Shown here: one piece after another, positions 29,337-39,560 of the stretch
Numbering within the stretch: position 1 is the first letter of the stretch
Layout of the letters: every line of letters begins with the position of its first letter
NCBI GenBank assembly: GCA_020350885.1
Contig: CP070727.1
Coordinates: 3,664,017-3,728,016, forward strand
Reading direction: 5' to 3'
Source: a bacterium
GTDB lineage: Bacteria > Krumholzibacteriota > Krumholzibacteriia > Krumholzibacteriales > Krumholzibacteriaceae
Length of the DNA stretch: 64,000 nt
Notes under the pieces: generated by a model
Database searches by the model: none
What the model was told of the DNA's origin: nothing
What the model saw: only the letters and a program-made list of their open reading frames with translations
Position numbers and translations under genes: made by a program

Positions 29337-30277
29337 CCCTCACCTCCCAGCATCTCCCCTGCCTCGAGAGGATATCCCCGAAGGAATTGGGCGGCATCGA
29401 GGGGACGCTTCCCCTCGCTCTGGAGGCGCACGAGCCGCACGGACCCCCTCCCGCACGCGACGATGACGTGCTCTCCCTCACAGACGAGGATCTGCCCCGG
29501 CCTGTGATCGTGCGGGATACAGTCCCACGGTTGGGCACGATGCACCTTGAGATACCGGCCCCGGTAGTATGTGAAGCTTCCGGGCCAGGGATTCATGCCC
29601 CTGATATGGTTATGCACACCGATCGCATCCCGGTCCCAGGGGATTAATCCATCCCGTTTCCCGAGTCTCGGCGCGCTATGTACGCCCTCCTCGGGTTGGG
29701 GGACGGGAGCGATCGTACCGGCTTCGATGCCCTGAAGTGTTTCGATCAGCAGTGAGGCCCCCTGAGCCGCAAGCCGATCGGAGAGCTCCCCCGCATTCTC
29801 CATGGGGTCGATCGGGACGGTACGCTGGAGATAGATCGGGCCCGCATCGAGCGCTTTGACCATCTCCATTGTGGTGACACCGGTGAAGAGCTCGCCGTTG
29901 ACGATCGCTCCGTTTACGGGGCTGGCTCCGCGGTATGAGGGCAGAAGCGAGGCGTGTAGATTGATACTTCCCCTGGAAGGGATCTCGAGCACGGATACGG
30001 GAAAGATCAGGCCGAAGGCAACAGCGACGCTGAAGTCCGGCTCGAGTGAGCGGAGCCGGTCGATTACATCGCCTTTTTTAAAAGTCTCGATCACGAGCGT
30101 CGGAATTTCCAGCTCCTCGGCGAACCTGCGAACGGGTGTCGGCTGCATCGAACGGCCTCTCCCGGCTGGCCTGTCGGGCTGCGTGACGACAAGGACCGGC
30201 TTGTATGATGTTCGAGCGAGTGCTTCGAGTGAAGGAAGGGCAAAATCGGGCGATCCGAAGAACACGACCCGTGGCAT
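29333..30277 (-). CDS. fmt: Methionyl-tRNA formyltransferase
   Basis: MPRVVFFGSPDFALPSLEAL...VVTQPDRPAGRG and the SLLP motif are present. The start was chosen at the ATG at 30277. Confidence 0.9.
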   Translation of the reverse strand: MPRVVFFGSPDFALPSLEALARTSYKPVLVVTQPDRPAGRGRSMQPTPVRRFAEELEIPTLVIETFKKGDVIDRLRSLEPDFSVAVAFGLIFPVSVLEIPSRGSINLHASLLPSYRGASPVNGAIVNGELFTGVTTMEMVKALDAGPIYLQRTVPIDPMENAGELSDRLAAQGASLLIETLQGIEAGTIAPVPQPEEGVHSAPRLGKRDGLIPWDRDAIGVHNHIRGMNPWPGSFTYYRGRYLKVHRAQPWDCIPHDHRPGQILVCEGEHVIVACGRGSVRLVRLQSEGKRPLDAAQFLRGYPLEAGEMLGGEG

Positions 30278-30278
30278 A

Positions 30279-30797
30279 TCAGCTCTCCCGACCGGCCCGT
30301 TTGGCAAGCTCCCGCAGCTTGGGTCTCAGCAACGCCCGCTTTGCGAGGGACAGGCGATCGACAAATAGGACACCGTTTAGGTGGTCGATCTCGTGCTGTA
30401 TGATCCGTGCGAGAAGCCCGTCCGCTTTGAGCCTGTGCTTTCGACCCTCCTCATCCTGAAATTCAATCCGGATCACCGAGGGGCGAACGACATTCGCGCG
30501 AATTCCCGGTATGCTGAGACACCCCTCCTCGAAGGACTCGGTTTCATCCGAGTGTGAGATAATCCGGGGATTGATCAATTTGATCAATGTAGAGTTTTTC
30601 CCCGGCTCCGGATTGATGACGGATATGAGCTTTGATATACCGACCTGCGGTGCGGCGAGGCCCACGCCATCTTCGTGGATCATCGTCTCCACCATCTCGT
30701 CAAGCAGCGGTGAGAGCTCGCTACCGAACGTCTCGACGCGCTCGCCCTTTTTTCGCAGAACCTCGTCCCCGTATATACGAATCTCGAATGAATGCAA
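30279..30797 (-). CDS. def: Peptide deformylase
   Basis: GVGLAAPQVG, EGCLSIPG and QHEIDHLNG are the three PDF motifs. Confidence 0.9.
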   Translation of the reverse strand: MHSFEIRIYGDEVLRKKGERVETFGSELSPLLDEMVETMIHEDGVGLAAPQVGISKLISVINPEPGKNSTLIKLINPRIISHSDETESFEEGCLSIPGIRANVVRPSVIRIEFQDEEGRKHRLKADGLLARIIQHEIDHLNGVLFVDRLSLAKRALLRPKLRELAKRAGRES

Positions 30798-30830
30798 TCC
30801 GGTACTCCAGTCGGTATAGTGATCGTCGCC

Positions 30831-31151
30831 TCAGTCTTCCCGTTTCTCGATTATGGTCGCTACGGCGCTTTTAACGACCTCGATCTTCACATCCTCGGAG
30901 ATGCGCAGAACGATGACATGCTCCTTGACATCGGAAACCGTACCGTAGATACCACCATTGGTGACGATCTTATCACCTTTCCGGAGGTTGGCTACCATCT
31001 CCTGGTGCTGCTTCTGCTTCCTCTGCTGCGGTCTGATAAGAAGAAAATAGAATATAACAAAGATCAACAGTATGGGAATCAGGCTCGTGAAGAGCGAGGG
31101 TCCCCCTTCGGTGCCTGATGGACTACTGAGGGCGAACAACAGAAAAGACAT
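30831..31151 (-). CDS. yajC: Preprotein translocase subunit YajC
   Basis: It has a single TM helix followed by the YajC motif GDKIVTNGGIYGTV. Confidence 0.8.
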   Translation of the reverse strand: MSFLLFALSSPSGTEGGPSLFTSLIPILLIFVIFYFLLIRPQQRKQKQHQEMVANLRKGDKIVTNGGIYGTVSDVKEHVIVLRISEDVKIEVVKSAVATIIEKRED

Positions 31152-31161
31152 CCTTCCTCCT

Positions 31162-32316
31162 TTACCGTTCCTCTTTATAGGATCCCGTTCCGGAATCTCG
31201 ATACGAGCGATAGAATCGTTCTCTCCATTCCAGAAAGGATCCTTCCCGTATAACTTGCCTTATTTCAGAGAGTAGATGCAAGTAAAAATAGAGACTATGG
31301 TATGTTGCGAGTCTCGGCCCCAACAGCTCACCGGCATTGAAGAGGTGGCGCAGGTAAGCTCTGCTGTAGGTATGGCATATCTCGCACCCACAGTCCGGAT
31401 CGAGGGGCCCGAAGTCCCTTGCATGGACCGAATTCTTCACGACGAGCTTGCCGCCCGATGTAAATACCGTCCCGTTCCGGGCGTTGCGCGTCGGGATCAC
31501 ACAATCGAACAGGTCGACTCCACTACCGATCGCCTCGACGATATCCTCAGGGTACCCGACCCCCATGAGGTAACGGGGCTTCCCGGCCGGCAGGAGCGAG
31601 GTCGTATGCGCCACCATCTCGAGGGTTTCGTTCTTGGGTTCCCCCACCGAGAGCCCGCCGATTGCGTATCCGGGGAAATCTAAGGCAGCGAGCTGGTTCG
31701 CCGACCGCTCACGCAGATCGGGATACACGGATCCCTGAACGATACCGAAGAGCACACGCTCGTACCCGTTCCGTGTGAACCGCGGACCGTAGAGCGAGAT
31801 GCTTTGCTCCGCCCAGCGGGTGGTCCGCTGTACCGCCTCCTCTGTTGTCGGCCGGTCGCACGGGTAGCTGGTGCACTGATCCAGAACCATCATGATATCC
31901 GAGCCGATGGCGATTTGTATGTCGACCACCCGTGACGGCGTCAGCAGGTGAGAGGAGCCGTCGATATGAGAACGAAACGCCACCCCCTCATCGGTGATAC
32001 GGCTGAGGTCGGCGAGACTGAAGACCTGATAACCGCCGCTGTCAGTGAGAACCGGTCTCCGCCAGGACATGAATTCATGAATTCCCCCCGCTTCGGCGAT
32101 CAGCTCTTCGCCGGGCCTGAGATAGAGATGATATGTGTTTGCTAGGATGATCTCGGCACCGATTGCGTAGAGGTCCTCTGACGATATCGTCTTGACGGTT
32201 CCCTGCGTACCGACCGGCATGAACATGGGGGTCTCGAAGGTACCATGATCCGTCGTGATGCGGCCCATCCTGGCCCCGCCCGGGTCCTGTGCGATCAGGG
32301 AAAAGTCGAATGCCAT
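31162..32316 (-). CDS. tgt: Queuine tRNA-ribosyltransferase
   Basis: FETPMFMPVGTQGTVK and a C-terminal CxCxxC..H zinc site are present. Confidence 0.9.
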   Translation of the reverse strand: MAFDFSLIAQDPGGARMGRITTDHGTFETPMFMPVGTQGTVKTISSEDLYAIGAEIILANTYHLYLRPGEELIAEAGGIHEFMSWRRPVLTDSGGYQVFSLADLSRITDEGVAFRSHIDGSSHLLTPSRVVDIQIAIGSDIMMVLDQCTSYPCDRPTTEEAVQRTTRWAEQSISLYGPRFTRNGYERVLFGIVQGSVYPDLRERSANQLAALDFPGYAIGGLSVGEPKNETLEMVAHTTSLLPAGKPRYLMGVGYPEDIVEAIGSGVDLFDCVIPTRNARNGTVFTSGGKLVVKNSVHARDFGPLDPDCGCEICHTYSRAYLRHLFNAGELLGPRLATYHSLYFYLHLLSEIRQVIREGSFLEWRERFYRSYRDSGTGSYKEER

Positions 32317-32334
32317 GCGGCGTACCCCTCTGTC

Positions 32335-33390
32335 TCATCGTATGAACATGCAGTCACCATAGCTGTAGAACCTGAATCGGCGGCGTACGGCCCATCGGTA
32401 ACTTGCGAGCACATTCTCACATCCGGCAAAGGCCGAGACGAGCAGCAGGAGGCTCGAACGCGGCAGGTGCAAATTCGTAAGCATTGCATCGACGATCCGG
32501 AAGCGAAAGCCCGGATAGATGAAGACGGGTGCCCAGCCGCCGATGTACGGTTCCCCATCGATGATCCTCTCCTCCTGCTCCTCCAACGGTCCCGCAACGA
32601 GTGACTCCAAGGCCCTGGTCGTCGTGGTCCCCACGGCAACGATACGGCGCCCGCTCCGTTTGGCCGCTCGGATCTCTTCCCAGTACTCACGTTTGATGAG
32701 AAGATACTCCGGTTCGAGGGTGTTCTCCTCAACCGTTTCACAGGGCAGCGGCCTGAATGTGCCGGGACCTACATGCAGGGCAAGAGGCACGACGGTAACG
32801 CCGCGGCGCCGTATCCTTCGCAATACGTCGTCCGTGAAGTGTAGTCCGGCTGTCGGTGCGGCAACCGAGCCCTCCCGTCGTGCAAAGATCGTCTGGTAGC
32901 GTAGGGTATCGGCACTGCCGTCTTCCCGCTTAATGTACGGCGGGAGGGGTACATGGCCGAAGGTGCGTAAAAATACGTCTTCGGTGAACGCATCCGGGAG
33001 CTGTACCGTCCATTCTCCGTGACCGGTGCGATCCAGAATCTTGACCGGGAAGTCCTCGTCACCAACGAGGATAGTCCCTCCGCTCCTGAGACGCCTTGCG
33101 GGCCTGAGCATTGCCGACCAGCGCCGCCTGCCGAGCCGGTGTGTGAGGAAGATCTCGACGCGACCACCCGTGGCCTTCCGACCGAATATGCGTGCAGGGA
33201 TGACCTTTGTCTCGTTCACAACGAGAAGATCACCGATCTGTAAGTATCGGGGGAAATTCGAAAATCGCGTCTCCCGCACTCCACCGGATTTCCGTTCCAG
33301 AAGCATCATACGGCTCTCGTCGCACCTGGAGGCAGGATACTGGGCTATGCGTTCCTTCGGTAGATCGTAATCGAAATCACTGAGCTTCAT
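32335..33390 (-). CDS. queA: S-adenosylmethionine:tRNA ribosyltransferase-isomerase
   Basis: MKLSDFDYDLPKERIAQYP and GTTTTRALES are present. Confidence 0.9.
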   Translation of the reverse strand: MKLSDFDYDLPKERIAQYPASRCDESRMMLLERKSGGVRETRFSNFPRYLQIGDLLVVNETKVIPARIFGRKATGGRVEIFLTHRLGRRRWSAMLRPARRLRSGGTILVGDEDFPVKILDRTGHGEWTVQLPDAFTEDVFLRTFGHVPLPPYIKREDGSADTLRYQTIFARREGSVAAPTAGLHFTDDVLRRIRRRGVTVVPLALHVGPGTFRPLPCETVEENTLEPEYLLIKREYWEEIRAAKRSGRRIVAVGTTTTRALESLVAGPLEEQEERIIDGEPYIGGWAPVFIYPGFRFRIVDAMLTNLHLPRSSLLLLVSAFAGCENVLASYRWAVRRRFRFYSYGDCMFIR

Positions 33391-33423
33391 GGTAGTATCG
33401 ATTTCGTGAAGAGAACTGCCGTG

Positions 33424-34473
33424 CTAGAGGAACCTTTGCTGCTTCCCGTCACCGGACCGCTCGATGCCGAGGTGCTGGTAACCCGCCTCGGTGACGACCC
33501 GCCCGCGCGAGGTTCGCTGGAGGAAACCCTCCTGGATGAGATACGGTTCGTAAACATCCTCGATCGTTTCCGTTTCCTCGAATACCGCAACAGAAAGCGA
33601 GTTGATACCGACCGGACCGCCGGAGAACTTTTCGATGATCGTTATGAGGATCCGCCGGTCCATCTCGTTTAATCCTTTCTCGTCGACCTCCAGCATGCCG
33701 AGGGCATAATCGGCGATCTTCAGGTCGATCCTCCCCTCACCCTTGATCTGTGCATAGTCCCGCACCCTTCGCAGCAATCTGTTCACGATGCGCGGTGTGC
33801 CCCGGGAACGGCGGGCGATCTCGATGGCACCCCCTTCCTCTATCTCGATCCCGAGAAGCTGCGCCGATCTCGAGACGATTCTGACAAGATCCTCGGCGGA
33901 GTAGAAATCAAGCCGTGCCACAACACCGAACCTGCTCCGCATCGGTGGTGTTATCATCCCCGCCCGCGTCGTTGCCCCAACAAGCGTAAAAGGAGCGATC
34001 GAAAGTGAGTAGTGGCGGGCGTGCGGCCCCTTGTCGACGATGAGCTCACAGCGGAATTCCTCCATCGCCGGGTAGAGATGCTCCTCGATGACCCTGTTGA
34101 GCCGGTGGATCTCGTCGATGAATACAACATCCCGCTTCTCGAGCTGTGTGAGCACGCCGAGAAGCTCCGCCGGATTCTGAAAGACGGGACCCGATGTGGG
34201 ACGAATGTTGACATCGAGCTCGTGGGCAATGATGTGGGCAAGTGTTGTCTTCCCCAGGCCTGGCGGACCGTAGAGGAGAACGTGATCGAGCTGTTTCCCC
34301 CGCTGTTTGGCCGCCTCGATGAAGATCGAGAGATTCTCCTTGACCTTCTCCTGGCCTACGAACTCACCCAGGGTTTTTGGCCGGAGCGTCGATTCTGATT
34401 GCAGTTCCTCCGGTGAAAGTTTTGGATCCGTTATGAGCCCGTCGGTCATCCGTGCATTCCTTCCCGGCAACAT
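33424..34473 (-). CDS. ruvB: Holliday junction ATP-dependent DNA helicase RuvB
   Basis: [13 protein letters not shown] and [14 protein letters not shown] are Walker A motifs, and FIDEIHRL is Walker B. The start is ambiguous and may be MTDGL. Confidence 0.9.
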   Translation of the reverse strand: MLPGRNARMTDGLITDPKLSPEELQSESTLRPKTLGEFVGQEKVKENLSIFIEAAKQRGKQLDHVLLYGPPGLGKTTLAHIIAHELDVNIRPTSGPVFQNPAELLGVLTQLEKRDVVFIDEIHRLNRVIEEHLYPAMEEFRCELIVDKGPHARHYSLSIAPFTLVGATTRAGMITPPMRSRFGVVARLDFYSAEDLVRIVSRSAQLLGIEIEEGGAIEIARRSRGTPRIVNRLLRRVRDYAQIKGEGRIDLKIADYALGMLEVDEKGLNEMDRRILITIIEKFSGGPVGINSLSVAVFEETETIEDVYEPYLIQEGFLQRTSRGRVVTEAGYQHLGIERSGDGKQQRFL

Positions 34474-34477
34474 TGCC

Positions 34478-35080
34478 TCACACGTTTTTCAGGGCCTCGC
34501 GTACGATATGTTCCACGCGACGGGGGTCCTCGAGATTTTCGACTGCTATCCTGCTGACCGCCTTTTCCGCCACCGCGCGTGTCAATCCCAGTGCCATGAG
34601 AGCCGTCATCACTTCCTCCGTTACCTCGCGCTCGATCCCCGGCACCGCACGCGGTACATGGGGCAGATAGCGTTCGATGTCGATCCTATCCTTGAGTTCG
34701 AGTACGATCCTCTCTGCGGTTTTCCTTCCGATCCCCGGAAAAGACATAAGCACGCGTGTTTTCTTCTCGTAGATTAACCGGGCAAGCTCTGCCGCCTCGC
34801 TGACGGAAAGGATACCAAGCGCCACTTTGGGTCCCACACCGGACACCCCGAGCAGCGCCTGGAAGAGGCGTTTCTCGTTTTCATCGAGAAATCCGTACAG
34901 CGTGAGGGCATCCTCCTTCACGTGCAGGTAGACCTGAAGCCGTACTCGTTCCCCCTCCCCGCCGATCCTCTCGAGCGCCCTGAGGGGCACGAAGACATCC
35001 AGCCCTATCCCCCCGCCCACCTCGATCATGAGCCTATTGCCCTCTCGACCTCTGATGGTTCCTTCGATAACGGATATCAC
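34478..35080 (-). CDS. ruvA: Holliday junction branch-migration protein RuvA
   Basis: MISVIEGTI...[11 protein letters not shown] and HhH motifs are present. Confidence 0.9.
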   Translation of the reverse strand: MISVIEGTIRGREGNRLMIEVGGGIGLDVFVPLRALERIGGEGERVRLQVYLHVKEDALTLYGFLDENEKRLFQALLGVSGVGPKVALGILSVSEAAELARLIYEKKTRVLMSFPGIGRKTAERIVLELKDRIDIERYLPHVPRAVPGIEREVTEEVMTALMALGLTRAVAEKAVSRIAVENLEDPRRVEHIVREALKNV

Positions 35081-35571
35081 GGCAGCCTCCCGGCCGCACT
35101 CGTTGCCCGCAGGGAATGGCAGAATGCAACGGCGAGTGCATCCGTCTCGTCGACTGTTGCGGGCTCATGGTCGGGCTTGAGGAGACGGCTTACCATTGCA
35201 GCCACCTGGCTCTTGTGCGCCGCTCCCGCCCCAACGACACTGCTCTTGACCTCCCGCGGTGTGTACTCGAATACCGGTACCCCGGCCCCGGCCGCGGCAA
35301 CCAGAATCACTCCCCGCACCTCCCCGAGCGTCAACGTACTCTTCGGATTTTTCGCCATAAAGATCTCCTCGACGGCGACCGCATCGGGAGCAAAACGTTG
35401 CAGTACCTCGTCGAGCTTCTGTTTGATTGTAAGGAGCCGCTCCGGTTTGGATTTCGAGCGCCCCACACGTATGATCCCCGATGCGATATAGCGAATATCC
35501 CGTCCCTGCCGTTCGACGATACCGTATCCGGTGATATGACTTCCTGGATCGATGCCTAGAGTGAGGGACAC
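35077..35571 (-). CDS. ruvC: Crossover junction endodeoxyribonuclease RuvC
   Basis: LGIDPGSHITGYG carries the catalytic Asp. The start overlaps the ruvA stop. Confidence 0.9.
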   Translation of the reverse strand: MSLTLGIDPGSHITGYGIVERQGRDIRYIASGIIRVGRSKSKPERLLTIKQKLDEVLQRFAPDAVAVEEIFMAKNPKSTLTLGEVRGVILVAAAGAGVPVFEYTPREVKSSVVGAGAAHKSQVAAMVSRLLKPDHEPATVDETDALAVAFCHSLRATSAAGRLP

Positions 35572-35669
35572 CCGTGTACTCCCGCCCGTCGCTTGTTCCT
35601 GCCCGCCTTTCCGCCTCCCCCAAGAAGACCTTTTCCTGCCGCTGCCGGAACGTTCACGGAGGATGGTAG

Positions 35670-36425
35670 CTACAGCTCGCCCTCTATCTCCTTCATGACA
35701 CTGTCGGGAATGTCGAAGTTCGCGCTCACCTGCTGAACATCATCGTTGTCCTCGAGTGCGCTGACGAGCTTGAGCACCTTGACCGCCTGCTTGCGATCGA
35801 GTTTGACGGTGGTCTTCGGATACAGTGAGACCTCGGCCAGTTGATACGCAATGCCTGCATCACGGAACTTCTCTCGAAGTGATTCGAAATCTTCTGGCTT
35901 GCAGATAACCTCGAAGACACCGCCCTCGGAGCGAATATCCTCGGCACCGTTATCGAGTGCGATCTCGAATACCTTTTCTTCATGTGCCTCCGACTCGTCG
36001 ATCACGACGATCCCCTTGGTATCGAACAGAAAGAGCACCGAATTCGGTTCTCCGAGATGACCGCCGTGCTTCGAGAAGAGGTGGCGAACCTCCGCACTGG
36101 TGCGCTTGTGGTTGTCCGTGAGCGATTCGACGAGGATGGCGATTCCGCCCGGTGCGTATCCCTCGAAGGTATAGGACTGGTAGTTGACGCCGGGGAGCTC
36201 CCCTGTGCCGCGCTTGATGGCACGATCGATGTTGGCCGTCGGCATGTTGTTTTCCCGGGCGTTCTGAATGGCGGTTCTGAGACGCGGATTCGAATCGGCA
36301 TCCCCGCCCCCCTCCCGGGCGGCCACCACGATTTCACGGATCAGTTTCGTGAAGACCTTGCCCCGTTCGGCATCGACCTTCGCCTTCTTCCGCTTGATCG
36401 TGCTCCATTTGGAATGTCCGGACAC
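35670..36425 (-). CDS. yebC: YebC/PmpR family DNA-binding regulator
   Basis: MSGHSKWSTIKRKKA..DA.RGK.F.K is the YebC signature. Confidence 0.9.
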   Translation of the reverse strand: MSGHSKWSTIKRKKAKVDAERGKVFTKLIREIVVAAREGGGDADSNPRLRTAIQNARENNMPTANIDRAIKRGTGELPGVNYQSYTFEGYAPGGIAILVESLTDNHKRTSAEVRHLFSKHGGHLGEPNSVLFLFDTKGIVVIDESEAHEEKVFEIALDNGAEDIRSEGGVFEVICKPEDFESLREKFRDAGIAYQLAEVSLYPKTTVKLDRKQAVKVLKLVSALEDNDDVQQVSANFDIPDSVMKEIEGEL

Positions 36426-36443
36426 GGGAAGCCTCCTGGTACG

Positions 36444-38537
36444 CTACTTGTGACCTTCCTCCTTGGCGGCTTCGGTCTCTGTGACGAGCTTCTGAGCGAC
36501 GTCGTGCGGCACCTCTTCGTAATGCGAAAACTCCCTGCCATGCGTTCCCCTGCCCTGCGTCATCGATCGAAGCGATGTCGAGTACCGGTGCAGCTCCGCC
36601 AGCGGCACCTGTGCCTTTATCTTTTGCAGGCTTCCTTCCTGCTCGGTGCCCTGTATCTTGCCGCGCCGCATGGAAAGATCCCCCATTACATCACCCATGT
36701 ACTCTTCAGGCACGAGCACATCCACGGTTATGATAGGCTCGAGAATCACCGGTTTCGCTCCTTGGACGGCCTTCTTGAAACCGAGTGAGCCGGCGACCTT
36801 GAATGCATTATCCGATGAATCGACTGTATGATAGGAACCGTCATACAGTGTTACCTTGATATCCATGACCGGGTATCCGGCCACAACACCCTGCTTCATC
36901 GCCTCCTTGACGCCCTTCTCTACAGCCGGTATGTACTTCGAGGGAACCACTCCGCCCACGATGGCATTGACGAATTCGAATCCCGATCCACGTGGGAGCG
37001 GTTCGAGCTTCACCCAGACATCACCATACTGCCCCCGCCCCCCGCTCTGTTTCTTGTACTTGCCTTGGGCTTCGGAAACACCCATGATCGTCTCCCGGTA
37101 TGGGATCCGCGGTGGGACCATTTCCACGCCGACCTGGTGCTCGCGCATGAGCCGCGCGAGAATCACCTCGAAATGCAACTCACCCTGACCCGAGAGCACT
37201 GTCTGCCTGAGCTCGGGATTGACCTCGACTTTGAAGGTCGGATCTTCCTCCCGTAACTTGTTGAGAGCTGTTCCCACCTTCTCGACGTCCGCCTTTGACT
37301 TTGGAACAATCGCCGTGTGAAGTGTAGGTTCCGGGAATTTTGTTCCCGTAATGATCACCGCATGCGACCGTTCGCATAATGTGTGATTGATCTTGGCGGA
37401 CTTGAGCTTCACCGCCGCACCGATATCCCCGGCTCCAATCAATGCGGTCTCCACCCGGTTCTTTCCCTGAATGAAGTACAGCTGTCCAACACGCTCCGAT
37501 GAGTCGATGTTGGCGTCCAGTAATTCCTCTCCTACCTTGACCTGACCGCCGTACACTCTGATGAAGGAGAGATCACCTACGTGCTTCTCCGTGAGGGCCT
37601 TATAGATGAAGCACATCGCCGGATTATCCGGTCCGGTCTCCACCGTCTCTGTTTCCCCGGACGAGACCGATGTGACCTCAATCTCGCTGCGCCACTCGGG
37701 CGATGGCAGCATCGAAACGATCGTATCCATGAGCTGCTTGACGCCGATATTCGAAGGTGAAGCGCAGTACACGAGCGGCACGAGGGTTCCTGCGAGACAC
37801 CCAGCCGCAAGCCCCGTGGTCAGCTCGTCGTCAGAGAGCGTCCCCTCATTGAAAAACTTCTCGAGCAGCGTGTCATCGGTTTCGGCGGCGAAATCCATGA
37901 GCTTCTGGCGCCATTCGTCGACATGCTCCGTCAGGTCTTCCGGAATGTCCCCCTCGGTGTACTTTCCGTCGGAACCATCGTAGATGTAGGCCTTCCCTTT
38001 CAGGATATCGACGACCCCCTTGAACGAGGGACCCTGCCCGATCGGCAGCTGCACCGGCATGACTATCTTGCCAAGGTACTTCTGTGCGTCGGAGAGACAC
38101 TTTTCATAATCGGCATGCTCCTTGTCCATCCTGTTTATGCATATGATCCTCGGCTTACCGTAACCGTCGAGGTAGCGCCAAGCCTTCTCAGCACCCACTT
38201 CAATCCCGGCATCGGCGCTCACGACCACGACTCCGCCCTCGACGACGGGCAGGCAGGAAAGTACCTCACCAACGAAGTCCTCGTAGCCTGGTGTGTCAAG
38301 AATATTGATCTTTGCCTTGGAGTATTCACAAAATGCCAGACTCGCCGTGATCGATATCTTCCTCTCGATTTCGTCCGGGGAGGAATCCATCACCGTATTC
38401 CCGTCCTCCACACTGCCGATCCGGTTCGTCACACCGGCATTGAATAGTATCGCTTCCGCCAGTGTCGTTTTCCCTGATGATTGGTGACCCATGAGAATCA
38501 CGTTTCTGAGTCTGTCGATACTGTACTGTTTCAACAT
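36444..38537 (-). CDS. Elongation factor G family GTPase, divergent paralog (non-canonical G1 and switch II)
   Basis: It has the five-domain EF-G length and order. G1 is GHQSSGKTT (canonical AHIDAGKTT). Switch II is DTPGYEDF (canonical DTPGHVDF, so the catalytic His is replaced by Tyr). G4 is NRMD. Confidence 0.75.
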   Translation of the reverse strand: MLKQYSIDRLRNVILMGHQSSGKTTLAEAILFNAGVTNRIGSVEDGNTVMDSSPDEIERKISITASLAFCEYSKAKINILDTPGYEDFVGEVLSCLPVVEGGVVVVSADAGIEVGAEKAWRYLDGYGKPRIICINRMDKEHADYEKCLSDAQKYLGKIVMPVQLPIGQGPSFKGVVDILKGKAYIYDGSDGKYTEGDIPEDLTEHVDEWRQKLMDFAAETDDTLLEKFFNEGTLSDDELTTGLAAGCLAGTLVPLVYCASPSNIGVKQLMDTIVSMLPSPEWRSEIEVTSVSSGETETVETGPDNPAMCFIYKALTEKHVGDLSFIRVYGGQVKVGEELLDANIDSSERVGQLYFIQGKNRVETALIGAGDIGAAVKLKSAKINHTLCERSHAVIITGTKFPEPTLHTAIVPKSKADVEKVGTALNKLREEDPTFKVEVNPELRQTVLSGQGELHFEVILARLMREHQVGVEMVPPRIPYRETIMGVSEAQGKYKKQSGGRGQYGDVWVKLEPLPRGSGFEFVNAIVGGVVPSKYIPAVEKGVKEAMKQGVVAGYPVMDIKVTLYDGSYHTVDSSDNAFKVAGSLGFKKAVQGAKPVILEPIITVDVLVPEEYMGDVMGDLSMRRGKIQGTEQEGSLQKIKAQVPLAELHRYSTSLRSMTQGRGTHGREFSHYEEVPHDVAQKLVTETEAAKEEGHK

Positions 38538-38648
38538 TACCTCCTGATTCGTCTTGAGACCGGATTATTTGTCCGTCCGTGGATCCCCGCAGATGGGATG
38601 CAGGCATTGCCTATCATATGCGGCCTGTTTACGGATACCGCCCGACTA

Positions 38649-39389
38649 TCAGCGCATCCCCCCTCCGAGTGTCTGTAGATACGTAAGAACAATGGTTAAC
38701 AACCAGATCGGGATCACCGGAACGAGCGCCTTGCTGCGTTCCACCTTGAAGATGGCGGCGATACCCAGGAGAAAGATGATGTAGAACCAGATATTGAAAA
38801 GACCCAGACTTTCCACAAATGCCTTCAGAAATCCCGCCAGTTCGGGAAAGAGCGGTGCGAGACTGAAGCTCAACTGAAGATCAGCAGTCGACTCCACGCT
38901 CTCTATGCCTTTCATTCGTAGCACGATCACCATGATTATCTGACCGAGCATTGGTATGAGGTTCGTGTAACTGGTGAGGCTCAGGGTCTTCTTGAAATTG
39001 GCATCCGAACTCACGAAGGAGATAAAGAGGTGTGCGATTCCCGCAATGATCAGAAGTACAATCACGAGTAAGATCGGAACGGCGATAAGACCGATAACTC
39101 CGAACCTGTCCATACCTTGGAGCGCCTGTTCGAGCTGCTCCTCCGGCATGCCGGTTACATTCAGCTCCAACAACCGTCGCCTCATCGGCAGCATCAACCA
39201 GCCGATGATCATACTGACAACACTAACGAGGATAAAGGGCTTCCACCATGTGAGCCCCGTGTCGATCCGTTTGAATACCTTTCCCGGATCGATAAAGATA
39301 TCCATGATTGACTGTAGAAATCCGCCGGTAACCTCCTGGGATCCCTCTCCGCCGGTCTGCGATGGTTCCAATGCATTTTCATCGATCAT
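38649..39389 (-). CDS. Yip1-domain polytopic membrane protein
   Basis: It has an acidic N-terminus and 5 TM helices. The arrangement is typical of the Yip1/DUF1282 family. Assignment is by architecture only. Confidence 0.45.
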   Translation of the reverse strand: MIDENALEPSQTGGEGSQEVTGGFLQSIMDIFIDPGKVFKRIDTGLTWWKPFILVSVVSMIIGWLMLPMRRRLLELNVTGMPEEQLEQALQGMDRFGVIGLIAVPILLVIVLLIIAGIAHLFISFVSSDANFKKTLSLTSYTNLIPMLGQIIMVIVLRMKGIESVESTADLQLSFSLAPLFPELAGFLKAFVESLGLFNIWFYIIFLLGIAAIFKVERSKALVPVIPIWLLTIVLTYLQTLGGGMR

Positions 39390-39508
39390 ATCTCACACCC
39401 CTATGCACGAGAAAACCCATCCCGGTTGTATCCAGGCACACCCGGGCTCCGCGAAACACGTGTTAACATAGACAACTTTTCGCTAACTGTCAAAGGATTT
39501 AAGAGATG

Positions 39509-39540
39509 AAAAAAGGCCGGCACGGGGTGTCGCACCGGCC
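39509..39540 (-). terminator. Rho-independent terminator downstream of the PDZ protein gene (minus strand)
   Basis: On the minus strand, GGCCGGUGCGacaccccGUGCCGGCC is a GC-rich stem with wobble pairs, followed by UUUUUU. Confidence 0.45.
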
Positions 39541-39560
39541 CGTAAGAACAAACCGCGAGC

